Assembly: GCA_964492745.1 (NCBI GenBank) | Contig: CAZBLT010000004.1 | Location: forward strand, 28,668-92,667 | From: an uncultured Anaerolineaceae bacterium | Lineage (GTDB): Bacteria; Chloroflexota; Anaerolineae; Anaerolineales; E44-bin32 | Length of the DNA: 64,000 nt | Direction: 5' to 3' | In this document: positions 63,064 through 64,000 of the stretch, piece by piece | How positions within the stretch are numbered: the first letter of the stretch is position 1 | How the letters are laid out: every line of letters starts with the position of its first letter | Made by a program: the position numbers and the translations under genes | The notes under the pieces: generated by a model | Databases searched by the model: none | Told to the model about the DNA's origin: nothing | The model's input: only the letters and a program-made list of their open reading frames with translations

Positions 63064-63999
63064 TCAGTGGGTGGGGAGTGCGAATGTAATTGAGGTGCTC
63101 GCAGGGGTGTGCTCGTACCACATCACGCCACCCATACTCTCCACGATCAGACGTATCTCTCCCATCGAAAGCCCGGGTCCCATCTTCCCTTCCTGGGGAT
63201 TGGTCTCGGGCGCGGTGATAGCGCGGATGGTATCGGGCGAAAGACCCGGGCTGGAGTCGGACACCCGCACAGCCGCCCAGTTGCCATCAGGCATATCCAC
63301 CTGCACGGTGAGGGGGAATTCTTGGCTGTGTGATTTTTCTATCTCGAAGGTATGTGCCTCGAGCACGACACGTCCGCGCTTGGTGCGCCGGATGGCAGCC
63401 GAGATGAGCGCTTCCAGGACCTGGCGCACGCGCTCGCGCTCGCCCTTAAATAGAGGGATGGGATTCCCGCGCTCGGCGATCAGCTCGAGGCCGCGCTTGC
63501 GGGCTTCCGGCCGCATTTTCTCCACGACCTTCTTGATCAGGCCGTGCAAATCCACCAATTCGCGTGTCTGCTGAGGATCGAGGCGGATGACGGGCGCTTC
63601 CTGGAGTGATTCCAGGCGGTGCAGAATATCCTCCAGAGCGGATTGCCGCTCATCCTCACCGGCCTTAGGGCTCCGAAGCAGCCTGCGCAATTGATCCACC
63701 GCCTCCTGCACACCCATAGCCAGGTCGGGCGTGGCGGCGGAGATGGGCTGTTCCGGTTCGCGTTCCGGTTGGCTCGGCGGGGCCTCGGGTGCCCGCTTGA
63801 GGGCCGCCTTTTCCAGCGCCACTCCGGCCCAGTCTGCGAGCGCCATGAGCAGTGTCGTGTGGTGCTCATTGAAGGTTCGCGGGGCGAGCCGGTTGTACAC
63901 GCCCAAGACGCCCACAACTCGCTTGCCTACCCTGAGCGGGACATTGACCGTGGATTGGACCAGGAAACCGGTTTGGACTTTGACCGGGCCGGTTTGCAT
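63064..63999 (-). CDS. GAF-domain sensor histidine kinase-like protein, C-terminal part (gene runs off the right edge)
   Basis: The end of a GAF domain (VPLRVGKRVVGVLGVYNR...) and a helical linker are followed by an HATPase_c-like domain (VRQVLEALISAAIRRT...VRVSDSSPGL...GLSMGEIRLIVESMGG). Confidence 0.7.
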   Translation of the reverse strand: MQTGPVKVQTGFLVQSTVNVPLRVGKRVVGVLGVYNRLAPRTFNEHHTTLLMALADWAGVALEKAALKRAPEAPPSQPEREPEQPISAATPDLAMGVQEAVDQLRRLLRSPKAGEDERQSALEDILHRLESLQEAPVIRLDPQQTRELVDLHGLIKKVVEKMRPEARKRGLELIAERGNPIPLFKGERERVRQVLEALISAAIRRTKRGRVVLEAHTFEIEKSHSQEFPLTVQVDMPDGNWAAVRVSDSSPGLSPDTIRAITAPETNPQEGKMGPGLSMGEIRLIVESMGGVMWYEHTPASTSITFALPTH

Positions 64000-64000
64000 G

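Noticed and set aside
1-64000. CRISPR arrays, transposases/IS elements, integrases at the tRNA-Ala locus, prophage or canonical defence systems (RM, TA, BREX, CBASS and others)
   Set aside because: I found no direct-repeat/spacer periodicity, no DDE/tyrosine-recombinase-like ORFs, and no duplicated tRNA 3' fragments. There is also no compositional break. The window reads as core chromosome.

Overview
A 64 kb, high-GC (roughly 60-65%), densely packed chromosomal segment. GGAGG-type ribosome-binding sites, many ATGA/overlapping gene junctions, a T-box leader and DarA/PstA-type genes suggest a Chloroflexota-like or other monoderm-like lineage; this placement is inference only. I support about 58 protein genes, mostly housekeeping. 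They include fabI, plsY, a class A PBP, leuS, dtd, ridA, pepF, comEC, an EF-G paralog, a sugar ABC transporter, an OmpR/HK pair and several peptidases and phosphoesterases. There are also two tandem tRNA-Ala genes behind a near-consensus promoter, a T-box leader (Leu CUC specifier) in front of leuS, and several intrinsic terminators. I see no CRISPR array, transposase, integrase, phage module or recognisable defence system. Most long ORFs in the six-frame track that lie antisense to these genes are high-GC artefacts.

The most interesting signal is that three genes are interrupted by an in-frame TGA exactly at a redox-motif cysteine position. Each TGA is followed 15-22 nt downstream by a GC-rich hairpin with a GU-containing apical loop, which resembles a bacterial SECIS.
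- A SelW-like Rdx protein (CxxU) that is absent from the ORF track.
- A membrane-anchored thioredoxin-like protein (UxxC), split into two ORFs in the track.
- A GrdB-family protein (UxxC), also split into two ORFs.

The second notable feature is a four-gene cluster in which two cation/proton antiporters are each paired with PII-superfamily signalling modules: a PII-like gene, a DarA/PstA (DUF970)-like domain fused to the CPA1 antiporter, and a stand-alone DarA-like gene.

All functional calls come from motif and family recognition by eye. No database search was run.
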